A stretch of 64,000 bases of DNA, from positions 550,099-614,098 of the forward strand of contig MEWB01000001.1 of assembly GCA_001773215.1 (NCBI GenBank), in the 5' to 3' direction. Under the pieces are notes generated by a model. It was given only the letters and a program-made list of their open reading frames with translations, ran no database searches and had not been told where the DNA came from. Made by a program: the position numbers and the translations under genes. Each line of letters starts with the position of its first letter. Within the stretch, counting starts at the first letter, position 1. This DNA is from a candidate division WWE3 bacterium RIFOXYC1_FULL_40_10. Its GTDB lineage: Bacteria; Patescibacteriota; WWE3; UBA101185; UBA10185. Below are positions 60,301 through 64,000 of this stretch, in pieces.

Positions 60301-60693
60301 TTCCGCTCTTATTAATTGGTTTACGACAATTCTCTCAACTCCCGAAATAATAAAAGTGCCTTTATCGGTCATCAAGGGGATATCACCCATGTATATTTGT
60401 GAACTTTTTTCTTTTTTTGCGATCGGGTCTTTAATAGTAGCATTGAGATACCAGGGAGCATCATATGTTCTTCCGGTTCTTCTTGCCTCCGACGGGGTAA
60501 TATTTGCTTTATCAATATTGGGTTTTTGTAGTTTTAAAATCCAGCCTCTACCAGAGTTGTCTTCAATTGTTCCCAGTTCGTCTAAGATTTCTTGTAAGCC
60601 TTCCTTTTTTATCCAGTTGTATGAATCCAGCTGAATATCGATCAAATTTGGTAATTTTGCAGATATTTTTCTTTTTGAAAAGCTATGTCTCAT
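57388..60693 (-). CDS. rpoB: RNA polymerase beta subunit
   Basis: LGPGGL, TPEGPN, GDKLAGRHGNKG, GGQRFGEMEVWAL. Confidence 0.99.
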   Translation of the reverse strand: MRHSFSKRKISAKLPNLIDIQLDSYNWIKKEGLQEILDELGTIEDNSGRGWILKLQKPNIDKANITPSEARRTGRTYDAPWYLNATIKDPIAKKEKSSQIYMGDIPLMTDKGTFIISGVERIVVNQLIRAEGVLFSRDVSPITGQFLASSKILPRSGIWLEFETSRTGVISVRIDRKRKITATTVLRLFGLETDDDIRGAFSAVETNPEVNYIESTLSKDPTASYDEACIEVYRKMRPGEPLVLENAKALVASMFFNKRRYSLGAVGRFKLNQVLGLNFPNDPEHRLIQLEDLIKILSRIIELNNGAPGVEPSDTDFLGNRRVKSVGELLQWQMRIGFIRMEKNIKERMALSPREVLPEPSTLVSPRAVAASVHSFFATGQLSQLHDQQNPMTSVEHLRRLSVLGPGGLTKERASFSVRDVHYSSFGKVCAVRTPEGPNVGLINYMALYAKTNEYGFLETPYFKLDKTKDGRIKLTDEMVYLAAYEEENVFITDQSVDIDEKGFIVDSQVPLRKGGNFFLGNVEQAQYIEVVPRQVLGVIAGMIPFVQNDDISRALMGTQQMSQAVPLVKPQRPIVGTGIEGEVAINTPALIVADSDGVIDYADASKVVVKYKGSSSKITYEAAKFVQTNADTCFNQYTRVSTDDKVKKGDVLIEGPAVEGGEMSIGTNMTIAYMIYEGLEYEDGVVISDRLVKDDVLTSIHVSDYTSSVQETKLGPEEITRDIPNVSEDVLRNLDEDGIVAIGSKVKAGDILVGKVAPKGEVDLTAEERLLRAIFGEKAKDVRDTSLKMPHGEHGVVIGIKRVSKKDNNSLPAGTIEEITVYVAQQKKIEVGDKLAGRHGNKGVISAIVPTVDMPVLPDGSHVDIIFSSAAVLNRMNVGQSLECMLGMAGKKMNTYYEVPPLQEIPEELIVDELKKAGLPVSGKMKLRDGRTGEYFHNEIVVGDAYILKLIHMSEEKMHARSTGPYSLITQQPLGGKAQFGGQRFGEMEVWALESYGAAHILKEMLTIKSDDMIGRQQAYGAIVKGQEIPDSTVPETFKLLVRKLNGLGLGLDAMVSHPTSANSDTGEEITSLEGNEAIEELVVNKDEVEELVSSQEVVS

Positions 60694-60826
60694 GTATGTT
60701 TTTTATCCTTGTTTTTGGATACAAATTTAATTGTATAATGACTTATTACTTAAAGTAAATAACACCGCTAATGCCCTTTTTCACAGGTATCACAACAAAA
60801 AATCCTATAGTTCAAGGACAAAGGTG

Positions 60827-60855
60827 ACGTTAACATATATTGTTACTTCTGTCAA
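60827..60855 (-). promoter_or_regulatory. sigma70 promoter of rpoBC superoperon
   Basis: TTGACA-N17-TAACGT with TGn extension. Confidence 0.75.
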
Positions 60856-60858
60856 TAA

Positions 60859-61395
60859 TTACAACACAAACCCAAACTTAGTCAAGGGCCAAAACCTAAA
60901 TACTACCCTGCCGAGAATGAGTTTTTCGTCAACTAGTCCAAATACCCTGGAATCAACTGAGTTTCCCCTGTTATCCCCCATTACCAAGTAATAACCTTCG
61001 GGGATTCGCATCGCACGGCCTTCCCTAACCCCCATATTGCCATAAGTACAGCTACTTTCGGCCAAATAGTTTTCTTGCAAAATAAATCGCAGGTTATCTT
61101 TGGCAACATACAAATTGCAGTTATATATTTTAAAAATATCTCCGGGCATCCCAACGATTCTTTTAATGAAGTGTTTCCTTTCCATTCCCGGTGGATATAA
61201 AACCACAATATTACCCCTATCAAATTTTCTGAATATTTTATCCACAAGAATTCTTTGATTCGTATAAAAAGTAGGTTCCATACTTGGTCCTGAGATAGAT
61301 TCCACAGAACCGACAAAGGAATAAATGGTTAAAATTACGACCCCCGAAACTATAACAGTTTCAACAAAGTCTATTAGTGCAGTTTTGATCTTCAT
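60859..61395 (-). CDS. lepB: Signal peptidase I
   Basis: TM, GPSMEPT (Ser), FIKRIVG (Lys), GDNRGNSVDSR; start at ATG 61395. Confidence 0.93.
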   Translation of the reverse strand: MKIKTALIDFVETVIVSGVVILTIYSFVGSVESISGPSMEPTFYTNQRILVDKIFRKFDRGNIVVLYPPGMERKHFIKRIVGMPGDIFKIYNCNLYVAKDNLRFILQENYLAESSCTYGNMGVREGRAMRIPEGYYLVMGDNRGNSVDSRVFGLVDEKLILGRVVFRFWPLTKFGFVL

Positions 61396-61413
61396 ATATG
61401 CCATAATAAATTT
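61396..61413. promoter_or_regulatory. Bidirectional promoter with overlapping -10 elements
   Basis: Plus TGC-CATAAT-N6-ATG(61414); minus TATTAT-N7-ATG(61395); 18-bp spacer. Confidence 0.55.
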
Positions 61414-62826
61414 ATGCTAAAAACCCTAAAAAGCAACCTTCCATTTTTGGTATTGGCAGTATTCATTTCGTTTACGGCATATTTTAACAGTTTATCAGGC
61501 GAATTTGTTAGCGCGGATGACGAACCGGGAATAGTAAATAACTCTTCGTTAACAAGTGATAGCATACTTCTACACAAAAACATTCAACAAACCATAAACA
61601 GTGTTATTGTAAAAACCTTCGGAATAAAACCTGCTCCTTTCCATGTGCTGTCCCTAACTCTTCATTTAATTAATATTATTTTGGTGTTTGCTTTAACAAA
61701 AGAGCTTATTTCAACACGTATTTCCGCCATTACAACGTTACTCTTTGCCTTACATCCCATAAATACCGAAGCAGTTACATGGATTTCTGCATCCGGATAC
61801 TTATTAAGGAATATATTTCTGTTTTCAACGGCTTACCTATTTACTAGGTATATTAAAGAAAAAAACATCAAGTTCTACATTGGTAGTGTTTCTGTCTACC
61901 TGCTCGGACTATTTACAACGAAAGATCCCTGGATTCTTACTACTCTACCTATTTTAGGTATAATCGACTACTTTTTTCTATCTGCCAAGCACCCCAGGAT
62001 GCAAATAAATGCTGTCTACAAGTATTTGCCCTTTATAACCTCAACTTTTATTTTCATCCTTATAATTATATTTCCTCAATATAGAAACAGAGTTGAAGTG
62101 TTGTCAATCGATACTCAAAGCGTAACTCCTGTAATAAATAGGGCGCCTTATATTCTGTTTAAAACAGCGGAATTGCTAATAATGCCCATTAACCTAACTA
62201 TTTACCATGATAATAGTCAGATTTCTTATGGTGACTACCAATGGATGGTGGCCATTTCACTAATTTGGTTGCTAATAGTTCTAAGATATTGGCAAAAGAA
62301 TAGAACCGTAACAGGGCTGTTATTCGGAATCCCCTTGACTTTGTTGCCATCCTTTAGCCCTGTAATAATTGCTTGGTTTATAGCCGAAAGGTATCTATAC
62401 ACTGCTACATGGCTATTTTCTATAGGTGTGGCAATGCTACTACTAAAACTTAATAAATCTGTGTTTGCGGCAGTGCTTACTATTATATTGATTTTGTATT
62501 GGGTGCGGGTTGTTGATAGAAATCGAGATTTCGCTGATAATATAGCCCTGTGGGAAGCAACCCAAAAAACCAATCCCGTAAGCTACCGTGTATATAACAA
62601 TTTAGGAGACGCTTATCTTAGGGCTGGCGATACGCAAAAAGCAGTGGCGAGTTTTCAACACGCTATCGAGATTAACCCACAATACTCTGATGCCATTTAC
62701 AATTTAGGAAGATTATATGTAGACTTGGGACAAACTGAAGAAGCCCGGTTACTGCTAAATAGATCATTAGAAATTAACCCCAATTTAGTGCCGGCTACGG
62801 AACTACTGGAAAAAATAGGACGGTAA
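61414..62826 (+). CDS. TMTC-like GT-C membrane protein with C-terminal TPR repeats
   Basis: FVSADD, FH..SL.LH..N, FALHPINTEAVTWIS, AERYLY, TPRs (YNNLG, YNLG). Confidence 0.85.
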   Translation: MLKTLKSNLPFLVLAVFISFTAYFNSLSGEFVSADDEPGIVNNSSLTSDSILLHKNIQQTINSVIVKTFGIKPAPFHVLSLTLHLINIILVFALTKELISTRISAITTLLFALHPINTEAVTWISASGYLLRNIFLFSTAYLFTRYIKEKNIKFYIGSVSVYLLGLFTTKDPWILTTLPILGIIDYFFLSAKHPRMQINAVYKYLPFITSTFIFILIIIFPQYRNRVEVLSIDTQSVTPVINRAPYILFKTAELLIMPINLTIYHDNSQISYGDYQWMVAISLIWLLIVLRYWQKNRTVTGLLFGIPLTLLPSFSPVIIAWFIAERYLYTATWLFSIGVAMLLLKLNKSVFAAVLTIILILYWVRVVDRNRDFADNIALWEATQKTNPVSYRVYNNLGDAYLRAGDTQKAVASFQHAIEINPQYSDAIYNLGRLYVDLGQTEEARLLLNRSLEINPNLVPATELLEKIGR

Positions 62827-62845
62827 TTTTTTAGTTTTACCGTCC
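62818..62845 (-). terminator. Hairpin between convergent genes; terminator for minus-strand HAD gene
   Basis: GGACGGTAA...TTACCGTCC 9-bp inverted repeat, followed on the minus strand by TATTTTTT. Confidence 0.6.
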
Positions 62846-62853
62846 GACTTGAT

Positions 62854-63597
62854 TTATGCAAGGCATTTCAGAAACTCACCGATTTCCCCAATTACCAGTG
62901 TTCCCTCCGGAACGGTCCCGCTTAGATAAACTGACCAAGCTTCCTTATTCTTTATCCAAAACAACAGCTTGATTCCTGCTTTTCTGGCAGATTCGATATC
63001 TCCTTTGAGGTTGTCACCTATCGCCGCCACTTCCTCTACACTTACTCTAGCTGCCTTTGCGCCACTAACCCAAGCTTCCAATGTTTTAAATTCAGCGGGA
63101 CTTATACAAACAACGTGATCGAAAAATACACCTAACCCTGTCACCTCAAGCTTAAAAGCTGTCCATTCTATTGAAGCGTGTGTCACCAACACACAGGTAA
63201 TTCCGGCTTGTTGGAGCAAAGTTAATACTTCCACCGCACCTTCAAAAACTTCCGGAATATCCGTATATACCAAAAACACGATTCTCAATGCTTCTTTCCA
63301 AATTTCCGAAGAAACCCCCGGAAACTCAGCCTGAAGCTGTTTGTAGGTTGCAACCCACCTTTTTGGATCAACCGAATATTGGAAAAACAGTTCAGTGTTT
63401 ATTTCTCCTTGCCTTTTCTTCAGTTGTTCCTTATCCAGCTTTGGATACCAGGAACAGATAAAGTCTATCGACTCATCCATTCTTTTGTAAAAAAGCTCGC
63501 GCACTTTAATCAAAGTGTCGTCGAGATCAAAAAGAATGGCCTTGATACCGTACTTTTTTGCCCAAGCTCGCACGATCCTCACCCAAGGTGTACCCAT
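62854..63597 (-). CDS. HAD-superfamily hydrolase (subfamily IA)
   Basis: FDLDDTL, LVT, K, IGDNLKGDI. Confidence 0.88.
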   Translation of the reverse strand: MGTPWVRIVRAWAKKYGIKAILFDLDDTLIKVRELFYKRMDESIDFICSWYPKLDKEQLKKRQGEINTELFFQYSVDPKRWVATYKQLQAEFPGVSSEIWKEALRIVFLVYTDIPEVFEGAVEVLTLLQQAGITCVLVTHASIEWTAFKLEVTGLGVFFDHVVCISPAEFKTLEAWVSGAKAARVSVEEVAAIGDNLKGDIESARKAGIKLLFWIKNKEAWSVYLSGTVPEGTLVIGEIGEFLKCLA

Positions 63598-63598
63598 A

Positions 63599-63859
63599 TC
63601 ATTCTCTATCTAGCCGAACAATTGCTGCAGCCCCACAGTTCACGCACAAAGCCGGATCTGGGGGTACAACATACTTCACACCACAGTAAGCGCAAATATA
63701 AACATAGCTTCCGCTCTCCTTAAATAGTGCAAAAGATGTTCCACTCTCAGGCTGAAAATGGGTCGCCCCAAGCTCGACCATCTTGGCATAGAGACCCTGC
63801 GCCTCTGCCATATTTAGAGTTGAGGTATTTTTGACTGTAAAAGTACCAACCTTCTTCAT
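63599..63859 (-). CDS. Small hypothetical protein with C-terminal zinc ribbon
   Basis: CAYCG...CVNCG; strong SD AAGGAGG. Confidence 0.72.
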   Translation of the reverse strand: MKKVGTFTVKNTSTLNMAEAQGLYAKMVELGATHFQPESGTSFALFKESGSYVYICAYCGVKYVVPPDPALCVNCGAAAIVRLDRE

Positions 63860-63900
63860 ACTTCCTCCTTGTGAGTTTTGAATCTCGAATATGTCGCTGG

Positions 63901-63909
63901 ATTATAGCA
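63901..63909 (-). promoter_or_regulatory. Extended -10 promoter for Zn-ribbon/HAD pair
   Basis: Minus strand TGCTATAAT immediately after the SEC-C stop codon. Confidence 0.6.
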
Positions 63910-64000
63910 CTATTTACCGTGACAATTTTTGTACTTTTTTCCACTACCACATGGGCACGGGTTGTTGCGACCAACTTTAGGAGTTCCTGATGCGACTTTT
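63910..64000 (-). CDS. secA: 3' end of SEC-C motif protein, most likely SecA (truncated by window edge)
   Basis: Manual translation KVASGTPKVGRNNPCPCGSGKKYKNCHGK-stop; not in ORF track. Confidence 0.75.
   Translation of the reverse strand, partial: KVASGTPKVGRNNPCPCGSGKKYKNCHGK

Noticed and set aside
39842-60991. Many 60-160 aa ORFs overlapping ribosomal, EF and rpo genes, mostly plus strand
   Set aside because: Antisense or alternate-frame shadows of highly conserved genes; no motifs or initiation signals
63747-63974. 75-aa minus-strand ORF in the track (MVATTRAHVV...)
   Set aside because: Another frame of the same bases encodes a perfect SEC-C motif, and the ORF overlaps the Zn-ribbon gene; it is a shadow
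1-64000. Stop-codon reassignment (code 25) explaining the fusions or short genes
   Set aside because: TGA ends conserved genes at expected positions (rpsJ, rpsE) and the fusions are open in code 11
1-64000. CRISPR array, tRNA, rRNA or introns
   Set aside because: Intergenic gaps are all under about 170 bp with no spaced repeats or cloverleaf signatures; conserved genes are uninterrupted

Overview
Gene-dense, mostly minus-strand chromosomal segment of a Patescibacteria (CPR) bacterium. A Microgenomates/WWE3-like lineage is inferred from the missing uL30 gene, strongly diverged ribosomal proteins, few SD sites and standard code 11. The right part (38.8-60.7 kb) is the rpoB-rpoC-str-S10-spc superoperon ending secY-ybaB-adk, with no alpha operon after it. 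It is flanked by lepB, a TMTC-like TPR glycosyltransferase, a HAD hydrolase, a Zn-ribbon ORF and the 3' end of secA. The left part (1-38.8 kb) is a very large cell-surface glycosylation locus: six or more GT-C membrane glycosyltransferases, four polyprenyl-phosphate sugar synthases, four flippase-type genes or domains, GT2/GT4 enzymes and ugd. Its distal end is a methylation/radical module with two B12-domain radical SAM enzymes, two ferredoxins, three enzyme fusions (GT2-methyltransferase, Gmd-C-methyltransferase, MTAP-APRT) and a Gmd paralog lacking the catalytic Glu. A plus-strand island of three small, apparently paralogous ORFans interrupts this module. The best candidates for new biology are the radical-SAM/methyl-sugar module with built-in adenine salvage, the three-paralog island, a terminator/uORF attenuator between rpsJ and a 65-aa-deleted uL3, and leaderless or bidirectional promoters. 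No rRNA, tRNA, CRISPR array or mobile element was seen. All family calls come from motif recognition by eye, not database searches.
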